Shown here one piece after another: positions 49,240 through 62,545 of a DNA stretch of 64,000 nt. A program made the position numbers and the translations under genes. This DNA comes from Octopus sinensis (Eukaryota). The DNA lies in contig NC_043000.1 of assembly GCF_006345805.1 (NCBI RefSeq), positions 310,001 to 374,000 on the forward strand, in the 5' to 3' direction. A model generated the notes under the pieces. It was not told where the DNA came from and searched no databases. It was given only the letters and a program-made list of their open reading frames with translations. The first letter of the stretch is position 1; each line of letters starts with the position of its first letter.

Positions 49240-50567
49240 ATATATTCTAATATTATATGTGTGTGTGTGTGGTGTTTGTGGTGTGTGTTTGTACCCCCGA
49301 ACCCCAACATCGCTTGACAACGATGCTGGTGTGTTTACGTACCCGTAACTTAGCGGTTCGGCAAAAGAGCCCGATAGAATAAGTACTAGGCTTCCAAAGA
49401 ATAAGTCCTGGGGTCAATTTGCTCGACTAAAGGCATGGTCACAGTCACAAGACTGAAGCAAGTAAAAGAGTAAGGAGTACATGTACACACACACACATAT
49501 ATGTATATAAGAGAAGTGCTATGCGTGTGTCACGCTTTCTTTCTTTTTAGTACTACACGCTGCCTAGTTTTGACGAGTATCGAATTATCTCTCGTGTACT
49601 ACTATTCCCAGTTCCGCACTAGTCTGCTCTGGTCTGGTGTAATAGTACCCTTCAAGCGTGACAGTTAAGGCTCTAATAGCGAAAGATCGTACTGTGGTTA
49701 ACCATGGAGGACACGGAAGAATTCTAGCTCCTAGACAAACTTTACCAATCTGTTGTAAACTTTACCTATATGTGGACATGTCCTGCTGTCACGTGAACCC
49801 CTTTCTCTGGCTAAGAGTTAAGCGTAAGGACGGACGAGAAGGAAACGAACAGAGAGAATGGTAAATAATCCGGGTGAAGGCAAAGAGAAAAATAATACTG
49901 TATATTTGCAAAGAAAAATCACGTATCATCATCAAATTTTGATATAAAGATCTTTCCACGAAATCACGTATCATCATCAAATTTTGACATAAAGATCTTT
50001 CCACGAAAACTGGCGCGTATTGCTCAGTAAGTCAATCCTTAATATTTTTTTTAATGTTCGAAACATAAAATTGGGTAATCTGAAAGAGCAGTTATATTTG
50101 CCATCTTTGCCATGTATGAGGCCTGGATGTGTAGTAAGAAGTGTGTTTACCAACGTGATGGTTCCGAGTTCAGCTCAAATTCGCGCCATCTTCGGAAAGT
50201 GACTTCTAGTCTTCCCTCTGCCCTACCAAAGCCCCAAAGCCTTGTGAGTTGATTATTTGATTGACGGAAACTGAAAGAAATCCGCCATATATATATCCAA
50301 TACCCTCTTCATCCAATAAACTGTGTTGTGTTGATATGTTTCACTCCCTGTCACAAAGTCACGTGACAAGCTGCATTGGCTATCTACAAGCAACGAATGA
50401 CCAGACTCTACAGAGAATAGATCCCGCTCTAATTAGGTTCAAATCAATATCTATGTAATATAGACCAGTGACACCAAACTGTTAATTAAATAATGAACAA
50501 AGAATACGCGAAGTCAAGAATCGAATGAAATACAATATAGCTAGAGTTCACATACATATATATTAAA

Positions 50568-50959
50568 CTAGCAGTATCGCCCGGCGTTGCTCGCGTTTGT
50601 AAGGGAAATAACTATAAAGCATTTTTAGAGAGTTATAGCCAAAAAATAGCAAAAAATGCATTAAAAATGGAGAAAAATTATGGTAAATTTTTTTTTAAAT
50701 CGTTGACTCATCGTAGACATTTTTAGAGAGTTACTTCTCTTTATTTAAAAAATATGCGTTAAAATGGAAAAAAATGATGGTAAATTACTTTTAAAATCGT
50801 AGACTCATCGTAGACGCGCGCTAATACCCAGAAGGGCTCGATGTAAATCACGACTATAAGATATCGGGTTTTGGTTAAACTGCACCACAAAATGTGGGAG
50901 TAAGGAATCTAAATCTTAGGAGACAGATACTCACACAACTTCACTTTTATATATAAAGA
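50568..50959 (-). mobile_element. Non-autonomous Helitron, unit 2
   Basis: As unit 1. Confidence 0.85.
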
Positions 50960-51334
50960 TTTTATGTGCGCTTGTGCGTCTCTGAATGCGTAGCCATTCT
51001 CTTACATCACTTTGACTTATGCACCAATAACTCTATGTCTCTCTGCATTGCTCTCTTACTGTTTCCTTCTCTCCCTTCGCTCTCCGTCACAGTTTCTGTC
51101 CGTCTGTCTGTCTCTCTCCCTTCTTTAAACACATGTACACACACACATATGTATATAAGAAAAGGCGTAGAAGTGGCTGTGTGGTAAGTAGCTTGCTTAC
51201 GAACCGCATGGTTCCGGGTTCAGTCCCACTGCGTGGAACTTTGGGCAAGTGTCTTCTACTATAGCATCGGCCCGACCAAAGCCTTGTGAGTGGATTTGGT
51301 AGACGGAAACTGAAAGAAGCCCGTCGTATATATG

Positions 51335-51383
<49 letters not shown>

Positions 51384-52701
51384 TATGTGTGTGTGTGTGT
51401 TTGTGTGTCTGTGTTTGTACCCCCCGAACCCCAACATCGCTTGACAACCGATGCTGGTGTGTTTACGTACCCGTAACTTAGCGGTTCGGCAAAAGAGCCC
51501 GATAGAATAAGTACTAGGCTTCCAAAGAATAAGTCCTGGGTTCAATTTGCTCGACTAAAGGCGGTGCTCCAGCATGGTCACAGTCACAAGACTGAAGCAA
51601 GTAAAAGAGTAAGGAGTACATGTACACACACACACATATATGTATATAAGAGAAGTGCTATGCGTGTGTCACGCTTTCTTTCTTTTTAGTACTACACGCT
51701 GCCTAGTTTTGACGAGTATCGAATTATCTCTCGTGTACTACTATTCCCAGTTCCGCACTAGTCTGCTTGGTCTGGTGTAATAGTACCCTTCAAGCGTGAC
51801 AGTTAAGGCTCAAATAGCGAAAGATCGTACTGTGGTTAACCATGGAGGACACGGAAGAATTCTAGCTCCTAGACAAACTTTACTAATCTGCTGTAAAACT
51901 TTATCTATATGTGGACATGTCCTGCTGTCACTTGAACCCCTTTCCTGGCTAAGAGTTAAGCGTAAGGACGGACGAGAAGGAAACGAACAGAGAGAATGGT
52001 AAATAATCCGGGTGAAGGCAAGAGAAAAATAATACTGTATATTTGCAAAGAAAAATCACGTATCATCATCAAATTTTGATATAGAATCTTTCCACGAAAT
52101 CACGTATCATCATCAAATTTTGACATAAAGATCTTTCCACGAAAACTGGCGCGTATTGCTCAGTAAGTCAATCCTTAAATTTTTTTTAATGTTCGAAACT
52201 TATAAAATTGGGTAATCTGAAAGAGCAGTTATATTTGCCATCTTTGCCATGTATGAGGCCTGGATGTGTAGTAAGAAGTGGGTTTACCAACGTGATGGTT
52301 CCGAGTTCAGCTCAAATTCGCGCCATCTTCGGAAAGTGACTTCTAGTCTTCCTCTGCCCTACCAAAGCCCCAAAGCCTGTGAGTTGATTATTGATTGACG
52401 GAAACTGAAAGAAATCCGCCATATATATATCCAATACCCTCTTCATCCAATAAACTGTGTTGTGTTGATATGTTTCACTCCCTGTCACAAAGTCACGTGA
52501 CAAGCTACATTGGCTATCTACAAGCAACGAATGACCAGACTCTACAGAGAATAGATCCCGCTCTAATTAGGTTCAAATCAATATCTATGTAATATAGACC
52601 AGTGACACCAAACTGTTAATTAAATAATGAACAAAGAATACGCAAAGTCAAGAATCGAATGAAATACAATATAGCTAGAGTTCACATACATATATATTAA
52701 A

Positions 52702-53092
52702 CTAGCAGTATCGCCCGGCGTTGCTCGCGTTTGTAAGGGAAATAACTATAAAGCATTTTTAGAGAGTTATAGCCAAAAAATAGCAAAAAATGCATTAAAA
52801 ATGGAGAAAAATTATGGTAATTTTTTTTTAAATCGTTGACTCATCGTAGACATTTTTAGAGAGTTACTTCTCTTTATTTAAAAAATATGCGTTAAAATGG
52901 AAAACAATGATGGTAAATTATTTTAAAAATCGTATACTCATCGTAGACGCGCGCTAATACCCAGAAGGGCTCGATATGAATCACGACTATAAGATATCCG
53001 GTTTTGGTTAAACTGCACCACAAAATGTGGGAGTAAGGAATCTAAATCTTAGGAGACAGATACTCACACAACTTCACTTTTATATATAAAGA
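52702..53092 (-). mobile_element. Non-autonomous Helitron, unit 3
   Basis: As unit 1. Confidence 0.85.
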
Positions 53093-53469
53093 TTTTATGT
53101 GTGCTTGTGCGTCTCTGAATGCGTAGCCATTCTCTTACATCACTTTGACTTATGCACCAATAACTCTATGTCTCTCTGCATTGCTCTCTTACTGTTTCCT
53201 TCTCTTCCTTCGCTCTCCGTCACAGTTTCTGTCCGTCTGTCTGTCTCTCTCCCTTCTTTAAACACATGTACACACACACATATATGTATATAAGAGAAGG
53301 CGTAGAAGTGGCTGTGTGGTAAGTAGCTTGCTTACGAACCGCATGGTTCCGGGTTCAGTCCCACTGCGTGGAACTTTGGGCAAGTGTCTTCTACTATAGC
53401 CTCGGGCCGACCAAAGCCTTGTGAGTGGATTTGGTAGACGGAAACTGAAAGAAGCCCGTCGTATATATG

Positions 53470-53530
<61 letters not shown>

Positions 53531-54540
53531 TTGTACCCCCCGAACCCCAACATCGCTTGACAACCGATGCTGGTGTGTTTACGTACCCGTAACTTAGCGG
53601 TTCGGCAAAAGAGCCCGATAGAATAAGTACTAGGCTTCCAAAGAATAAGTCCTGGGGTCAATTTGCTCGACTAAAGGCGGTGCTCCAGCATGGTCACAGT
53701 TACAAGACTGAAGCAAGTAAAAGAGTAAGGAGTACATGTACACACACACACATATATGTATATAAGAGAAGTGCTATGCGTGTGTCACGCTTTCTTTCTT
53801 TTTAGTACTACACGCTGCCTAGTTTTGACGAGTATCGAATTATCTCTCGTGTACTACTATTCCCAGTTCCGCACTAGTCTGCTCTGGTCTGGTGTAATAG
53901 TACCCTTCAAGCGTGACAGTTAAGGCTCAAATAGCGAAAGATCGTACTGTGGTTAACCATGGAGGACACGGAAGAATTCTAGCTCCTAGACAATCTTTAC
54001 TAATCTGCTGTAAACTTTATCTATATGTGGACATGTCCTGCTGTCACTTGAACCCCTTTCTCTGGCTAAGAGTTAAGCGTAAGGACGGACGAGAAGGAAA
54101 CGAACAGAGAGAATGGTAAATAATCCGGGTGAAGGCAAAGAGAAAAATAATACTGTATATTTGCAAAGAAAAATCACGTATCATCATCAAATTTTGATAT
54201 AGAGATCTTTCCACGAAATCACGTATCATCATCAAATTTTGACATAAAGATCTTTCCACGAAAACTGGCGCGTATTGCTCAGTAAGTCAATCCTTAATAT
54301 TTTTTTTAATGTTCGAAACTTATAAAATTGGGTAATCTGAAAGAGCAGTTATATTTGCCATCTTTGCCATGTATGGGGCCTGGATGTGTAGTAAGAAGTG
54401 TGTTTACCAACGTGATGGTTCCGAGTTCAGCTCAAATTCGCGCCATCTTCGGAAAGTGACTTCTAGTCTTCCCTCTGCCCTACCAAAGCCCCAAAGCCTT
54501 GTGAGTTGATTATTTGATTGACGGAAACTGAAAGAAATCC

Positions 54541-54584
<44 letters not shown>

Positions 54585-54658
54585 CGGGCGCGTGTGCGTG
54601 TATATATATTTATATACTCACATATGTATGCATGTATGTATGTATGTATGTATGTATG

Positions 54659-54698
<40 letters not shown>

Positions 54699-54784
54699 TA
54701 TAAAGTATGTATATATATTATATATGTACATATATAATAGAAAGACAAAATGAACTGTCAAGTAATTGGTATTACTTGTTAGAT

Positions 54785-55015
54785 GTGGAAGCGCCTTACT
54801 GGTTAAGGGTGTTGGACTCATGAGCTTAAAATTGTGGTTTCGATTCCTGGACCGAGCGACGTGTTGTGATCTTGGGCCAAACAATTCCATGTTGCTCCAT
54901 TCCACTCAGGTGGCAAAAGGGAGCAATTCCACGACGGAACGGCGTCTTGTCCAGATGGGGAATATATACGCCATGAAGCCGAGAAACCAGCCCTCATGAG
55001 TAGACTTGACTCGAG
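54785..55015 (+). mobile_element. Degenerate SINE family D-like with a different tail
   Basis: tRNA-like head, GATCTTGGGCCAAAC..CCACTCAGGTGGCAAAA, tail unlike 37515. Confidence 0.55.
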
Positions 55016-55379
55016 AATAATTGCTTATTAATTTATATAATTAAACATAATTGCCGAGTTGTTACACCAGAGTTGTTAGAATAAAGTATATCATAAAAAT
55101 AAAGGATTAAGAATGTTTGCAGATAGTCTTTACCGCTGTTTCCAGAATAGATATGCAAGTGGGGCATTTCTCAGCGAACGAAGATAAGGTATCCATATAT
55201 TCTTTTTTACTCTAGGAACAATGCCCGAAATTTTGGGAGAAGGGCCAATCAATTAGATCGATCCCAGTACGCATCTAATACTTAATTTATCGACTTCACT
55301 ACACAACTAGTATTTAATTTATCGACCCCGAAAGGATGAAAAGCAGAGTTGGCCTCGGCGGAATTTGAACTCAGAATGT

Positions 55380-55741
55380 GGTTGGCATTCCGTCGGTTAC
55401 GACGACGAGGGTTCCAGTTGATCTGATCAACGGAACAGCCTTGCTCGTGAAATTAACGTGCAAGTGGCTGAGCACTCCAGAGACACGTGTACCCTTCTCG
55501 GGGAGATTCAGCGTGACAAGGCTGGCCCTTTGAAATACAGGTACAATAGAAACAGGAAGAAAGAGTAAGAGAAAGTTGTGGTGAAAGAGTACAGTAGAGT
55601 ACGCCACCATCCCCTACTGGAGCGTCGTGGAACTTTAAGTGTTTTCGCTCAATAAACACTCACAACGCCCGGTCTTGGAATCGAAACCGCGATCCTACGA
55701 TCGCGAGTCCCCTGCCCTAACCACTGGGCCATTGCGCCTCC
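55380..55741 (-). mobile_element. SINE family A nested in a family C copy (55200-55820)
   Basis: Flanked by ACTCAGAATGT / ACTCAGAACGT (11 bp, 1 mismatch). Confidence 0.85.
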
Positions 55742-55886
55742 ACTCAGAACGTAAAGATAGACGAAATACTGCTAAACATTTCGCCCGGCATGCTAACGTT
55801 TCTGCCAGTGCGCCGCCTTAAGGTATCCATATATTAGCTATCCATATATCTATTACATTACGTCATTAGACCCAGTTTTACCTCAA

Positions 55887-55918
<32 letters not shown>

Positions 55919-57859
55919 ATCTGTCTGTCTTTCCCAGTCTGTCTGTCTGTCTGTCCATCTCTCTCTCTCTCTCCCTCTCTCTCTCTGTATATACCGGAGT
56001 GGCATTGTGGTACGTAGTTTGCTTCCCTACCGCATAGTTCTAGGTTCAGTCTAAATACGTGGCACATTCTGCAAGTATCTTCTACTCTAATTAGTACCAA
56101 CTAAAGCCTTTTGAGTGGATTGGACTGATGGAAAGTGAAAGAAGCCCGTCGTGTGTGTGTATGTTTATGTATGTGTGTAAAGTGAGTGTGTGAGTGTGTG
56201 TGTATGTGTTTGTGTATGTAAGGAATAGACATAAAATAAGAAAAACACACGACAATGCTTTGCAAACGAAGAAAGTAAGCAAAAACTTAAGCCATCGTCA
56301 GCTATTGCTCTGTCGACTATAGAAGTTTCTATACCTGAGACTGGACTGCGTAACTTAGGGGAGTCAACAACCAGTCATACAACCTTTAGGCAAATGAAAT
56401 AATGGAGATGAGATACAAAAACAGGAGAAAAATATCTTAATGACAGAGACGAAGATGACATAGGGACGGAGAAAGGCTGTATGGTTAAGACTAGCGGTGA
56501 GGGGAGAAAAAATGTACAGTTTAGTTACGATAAATTTATATGAAACACGACAGAGGGAGTGTGTTCTTTTGAGATAAAACAAGGCAAGAAGTGGTTAGGA
56601 TTAGAAGGAAATAGAAAAGAAAGGCATGATGAAACAGCTTAGAGAAAGAAGGGAACAGGAGAGAAAGGTGGAGAGGACGAGATATAGGAGGATAGGAAGA
56701 GAGAGGGGAATAAATAAAAGGAGAAAGAGACACAGATGAGGAGGGAGAGGAAGAGAGTGAGAGGTCGAAAGGAAGGAGAAAGAGAGAGGTCCCAGTAGAC
56801 GTGGAAAGACTTAAACACAAGGACGTGAGACGACCTTTTGCTGCTTCGTGCGACATGATTTAATTGTAGCGTGACCAAGCTTTACGCCCATCAGTATACG
56901 TTCCGTATGGTGGTTTAATAAAATAAATCCGTTCCTATCGAGCAGATATAGTGTTCTTAGCTGACAAAGTGAAACAGCACGAATACGCATGTGTCATACG
57001 ATCCAATGACGTCTTGCGTTTTCATATCTGTCTGACAGGAGAATTTTCTCCCGGGATTATCTCAGAATCGGAAGGCCTTCTCACGTCTGAGTGCACTCGA
57101 ACGTGTCGAATATGATGTCACATAAATATAAACGCATATATACATAGACACACACACATACACACATATATACATGTATGTACGCATGTATGCAAGTGCT
57201 TTGTGGAATGTCGCAGTTACGAAGTCGCAAAAGTGATACTCTTATGTAACGTTTGAACAAGTGGCAGGTACCATAACAACGGGTTCACATCACCTAAGGT
57301 TATGGTAAAAAGCAATATGAATGAAACTGGGTACACGGCAACTGTGAACACCCGTAGAATATGCTATAACAGCAATTTCAAAGGACCAGCTGTGTCAGTA
57401 TAAACCTTTCATTTATACTTGGTGTTTTACTCCCTTAATTGAATGAGTTTGTACCCATCATTGATACCGACTAAGGTCCGTTTCTACTACTTTTATGTAT
57501 ATACGCATGTACTATACAAATTACGCTGCATAGTTAAGAAGCTCGCTTTTGCAGCCACATATATTTCTTTACTACCCACAAAGGGCTAAACACAGAGGGG
57601 ACAAACAAGGACAGACAAAGGGATTAAGTCGATTACATCGACCCCAGTGCGTAACTGGTACTTAATTTATCGACCCCGAAAGGATAAAAGGCAAAGTCGA
57701 CCTCGGCGGAATTTGAACTCAGAACGTAGCCACATAGTTTCGGGTTCAGTCCCACTGAGCGGTGTTTGGGAAAGTGTCTTGTAAGGGAATTTGGTGGAAA
57801 GAAAGTTGCTGGAAGCCCGTCGCACGCGTCTGTCAGTCGCCATGATAGGTCGTTTGCCA

Positions 57860-58636
57860 CTACACACATTTTTTTCTCTCCTTGTTTTTTTTCTGTGTCC
57901 CTTTCTGTAGAAGAGCGTAGGCTCGAAACGTAAAAGACTTTTTCTATTCCTGAGCGTTATACTAATACATCTGTTTGTTTTTTTCAAATATATCACACGC
58001 TCACGTGGTCGCAGATGTTGACCCTATCATTTCTTACCACACACGAACTTCTGCACTGGACTTTCTATCTACCCTTTACGGATTCTTTTTTGGACATTTA
58101 CCCTCCGACTCTCCTACCTACGGATCACTGTGGACTCTAATATATATATATATATATATGAGCGCTACTAAAAGCTTTCTTTCAGCTCCGTGCCTTCAAC
58201 AAGCATAGATCGACTTCCCTGTCTTTCGCAAGCCGATTTTTCACATGCGTTCTAACTAATTTTTCCACCGTCTAGGCCTAAAAAAGCCCTTTTTGTTGGT
58301 TCCCTGTCCTGTTATTCCTTATTTGTACTGTTTTTTCTACAGTTTTTTCTTCATTTGTATTGCTTTTACGTCCTGTTCTTGTCACATGTTTTACCCCTCC
58401 GCAAAAGAATTTTATTTAATTCCTTTTGCAGGAAGGATTGCTTCGGCCTGGCCGTGTTCTGCCCTCACCTTCGAAACACGCATTGAGTCGAACCAGGGGC
58501 AGCTGATGAAGGGGAATTTTCCTTGTATTGTTTGTCCTGTACTCTGTTTTTTCGTTGTTAAAAAAAGTCCGTTTCCTTGTTTGATTTTATGTTTTCGTTT
58601 CTCGTTGTGTTCTACGTTTATTTGTGGTGTCCTGTA

Positions 58637-58679
<43 letters not shown>

Positions 58680-58760
58680 TTGTATATATACATGTATATG
58701 TAAGTATGTACATATATGTATGCATATATGCATATATTTTATTTATTTATTATATTGTTA
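57860..58760 (+). mobile_element. Penelope-like pLTR fragments of two families
   Basis: Hammerhead motif at 57901-57936; 58290-58760 homologous to 35500-36009; both end in (TA)n. Confidence 0.5.
57901..57936 (+). ncRNA. Candidate minimal hammerhead, A6U variant
   Basis: CTTT-CTGTAGA-A-GAGC-GTAG-GCTC-GAAACGT-A/AAAG. Confidence 0.5.
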
Positions 58761-58785
58761 CATATATACATATATATATACATAT

Positions 58786-59187
58786 AGGGGCAGGAGTGGC
58801 TGTGTGGTAAGTAGCTTGCTTACCAACCACATGGTTCTGGGTTCAGTCCCACTGCGTGGCATCTTGGGCAAGTGTCTTCTGCTATAGCTCCGGGCCGACC
58901 AATGCCTTGTGAGTGGATTTGGTAGACGGAAACTGAAAGAAGCCTGTCGTATATATGTATATAGATATATGCATGTGTGTATATATGCTTGCGTGTCTGT
59001 GTTTGTCCCCCTAGCATTGCTTGACAACGAATACTGGTGTGTTTACGTCACCGTCACTTAGCGGTTCGGCAAAAGAGACAGGTAGAATAAGTACTGAGCT
59101 TACAAAGAATAAGTCCCGGGGTCGATTTGCTCGACTAAAGGCGGTGCTCCAGCATGGCCGCAGTCAAATGACTGAAAGAAGTAAAAG

Positions 59188-59188
<1 letters not shown>
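58786..59188 (+). mobile_element. SINE family B, full length
   Basis: Consensus match head to tail. Confidence 0.9.
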
Positions 59189-59218
<30 letters not shown>

Positions 59219-59427
59219 CATACATGTACACACACATATATACATACATACATGCTTACATACATACATGCATATATACATACATATGCATACATACACA
59301 CATACATATACATAAAAACACACACACACACACACATATATATACAAACACACGCATGCATATGCATTTATATATTGTGTACATGTAAGTGTATCTGATC
59401 AGGTATCTACCCTCTTTGAAAAATCTA

Positions 59428-59512
<85 letters not shown>

Positions 59513-59671
59513 TATATACACACACCCACACACAACAAACATACGCATGCATTATTATGTATATATAAGTGTATTTGATCATGTATCTACCCTTCTTTGA
59601 AAAAATCCTCTCTCTCTCTCTCTCTCACTCACCCTCTCTCTCTCTCTATCTATCTATCCATCCATCCATCC

Positions 59672-59735
<64 letters not shown>

Positions 59736-60019
59736 CTCCCCTCTTTTTCTTCTTCATTACAGCCACCGTAAGGACCACCCAGTTTGTTGTCAAACACTTA
59801 TTATACGCCCTGCTACCTTTCACTCTTGTTGCTGATGCTGTGCTCTTCGAGGGTGAAATCACTTGCCTGTCTTCTCTCACTTGCTCCAAGACTGAAAATA
59901 AATTCCAATAACAGGCTGGCTTTAAAGGCTTTGAAAAGAAACCTTTATTTAGGAACAGGTCCCAAGAGGACAGAAGTGGTTAAGGCTAAAGGATAATGAT
60001 GACGATGTCTTCGGTTAAA

Positions 60020-60073
<54 letters not shown>

Positions 60074-60250
60074 GTCTATCTGTCTGTCTGTCTGTCTGTC
60101 TGTCTATTTAATATGTCTGCTTGACTGTCTCTCTCTCTCCCTCTCTCTCTCTCTCCCTCTCTCTCTCTATGTATATATATAACCTATCTGTCTGTCTGTG
60201 TTCTTGTCTGTCTATCTATTTATCTATTTATCTATCAGTCAGTCTGTCTG

Positions 60251-60294
<44 letters not shown>

Positions 60295-60557
60295 GGGTAT
60301 GATGTTATATTCGTGTGTATGAGACATGCTTATTTACAAGACAGACAACACCCTTATGTGATAAACTGCGGTAGACGTCATAATTGAGGAAAAAAAAATA
60401 ACAACAAACAGAAACTGAAAGAAGAAAAACAGCCGACCAAGTGCAGATGCATGGAAAAGGCCTACCATACAAACATACGCACGCAGATACATAGACACGT
60501 ATATCCATATCAAGCTTCTAAGTACATATACGTGTGTATGTGTTCATGTGTGGGTAT

Positions 60558-60815
60558 ACTCTTTTGCTTGTTTCAGTCATGTGACTGCGTCCATGCTGGA
60601 GCAACCCTTATATGTAATTCACCTTTTGCCTGTTCGGTCGCTGGACAGCAGCCATGGTGGAAGGGCTGTAATCGAACAGGTCAATTCCAGTACTTAATTC
60701 TTTAAAGTCTGGTTCATATTCTATCGGGCTCTGTTTCTGAACTGCTAAGTTATGGAAACCTAAACAAAGAACAACCGGTTTTTTAAGCGGTGGGATGGTG
60801 ACGAACATAGGAACC

Positions 60816-60849
<34 letters not shown>

Positions 60850-60935
60850 TGCCCCCCCCCCATCTACATTTATGTATATGATGGGTTTCCATGCAGTTTT
60901 CGTCCACCAATGTCACTCGCAAGGTATTGGTCGGG
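60558..60935 (-). mobile_element. Degenerate SINE family B
   Basis: Reverse complement of tail and body with internal (CA)n. Confidence 0.7.
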
Positions 60936-61371
60936 GCTATATAAGATTATATATAATATATTTGCGTATACAAATATATCTAGCCGTAAGAGAAACGTAA
61001 ACTCATGCCTTCATTGGTTTTGAACTACGGCAAAATTCAGAGCAAGTCTTTTGACGGACTCTTTCGTGGTTTGTTCACTGATCCTCAGAGAAGACTTGCA
61101 TACCCGGTTTCATTCCACAATCAGTACTATAAAATATTTATTCTATATATAGTAGTATCAATTTATGCTGTTACCATAACACCTGAATATTATATATCGG
61201 ATAAAGAAGATGGATATGTCTATCATAAGGAGGGCTCAATTATCTATGATAAAATCCATCAGGTGACTCATGCCTTCTATTCTCGCATGATAAATGCATA
61301 GAAAGAATACACTTGAATTTTTATATTTCTTTCACAGTTAGATATTCAAATATTTAAATTATTTACTCTGA

Positions 61372-61525
61372 GTAACTCTGTGGTAAGTCGCTTGCTAACC
61401 AACCACCTGGTTCCGGGTTCAGTACCACTGCGTGGTACCTTGGCCAACTGTCGTCTGCTATAGCCTCGGGCCGACCAAAGGTTTGTGAGTGGATTTGGTA
61501 GACGGAAACTGAAACAAGCCCGTCG

Positions 61526-61572
<47 letters not shown>

Positions 61573-61800
61573 CTGTGTGTGTGTGTGTTTGTGTATGTTT
61601 GTGTGTCTGTGTGTATCCCACCCACCATCGCTTGACAACCGATGCTGGTGTGTTTACGTCCCCGTCACATTGCAGTTCAGCAAAAGTGACCGATAGAATA
61701 AGTACTAAGCTTACAAAGAATATGTCCTAGGGGTAGATTTGCAAGACTAAAGACTGTGCTCCAGTATGGCCGTAGTCAAATGGCTGAAACAAGTAAAAGT
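61372..61800 (+). mobile_element. SINE family B
   Basis: Consensus match with internal (TA)n(TG)n. Confidence 0.9.
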
Positions 61801-62106
61801 AGATTAACGAAGATCCATTAAACACACAAATATGTAAAGTAAGTTATCCACTATTGTGATAACCGAATTTATGGCTGCTTTATTCTTGTAATTAGATATT
61901 CTAAGATATTAATTACGTAAATAAAGTTTTGTCTGAGGCGCGATAAAAAAAATTGTAAAACAATCCGTCAGGGGACTCCGCATCTTGTTTTTTTCCGCAC
62001 ATCAAAACAGATGCAACGGGTAATCATTGCTATATTTCTCTCCTACTGAGACTTCCAGCTATTTGAATCTATTTAATTCTTCTGATTCTCCGTGTGCTGT
62101 GTATAA

Positions 62107-62139
<33 letters not shown>

Positions 62140-62234
62140 CACACACACTATGCATGCATCCATATATACATACATGCATATACTTACATATATAAGCACG
62201 CGCGTGTGTGTGTGTATATATGTATAAATATGTG

Positions 62235-62545
62235 TGGGTGAGCTGGCAGAACCGTTAGCAGGCCGGATAAATACTTAGCGGTATTTCGTCTGTTTTTGCG
62301 TTCTGAGTTCAAATTTCGTCTCGATCGACTTTGCTTTTCATCCTTTCGGGATGTAATCAACTTCCCTACTCTCTCTCTCTAAAAGCTATTAGGTCTGTAC
62401 CAAAATTTGAAACCATAGAAGAGGTGAGTCGGCAGAATTGTCAGGACGCCCAACAAAATGTTTAGCGGCATTTCATCTGTCTTTGTGTTCTGAGTTCAAA
62501 TTCCACCAAGGTGGCTTTGCTTTTCATCCTTTCAGGGTTGTCACA
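62235..62545 (+). mobile_element. Two partial SINE family C copies
   Basis: GAGCTGGCAGAACCGTTAGC..TTCTGAGTTCAAATT..CTTTGC.TTTCATCCTTTC. Confidence 0.75.

Larger units (their letters stand above)
48142..54547. repeat. Tandem triplication, unit ~2.13-2.15 kb
   Basis: Unit starts ATCCAATACCCTCTTC at 48142, 50295 and 52429; each unit holds a Helitron, a full SINE B, a 45-bp direct duplication and a truncated SINE B. Confidence 0.95.

Noticed and set aside
49658-49864. 68-aa ORF repeated in each triplication unit
   Set aside because: Non-ATG start, indel differences between units, no homology recognised.
61005-61301. 98-aa ATG ORF in unique sequence
   Set aside because: No recognisable domain; length is compatible with chance; needs RNA evidence.
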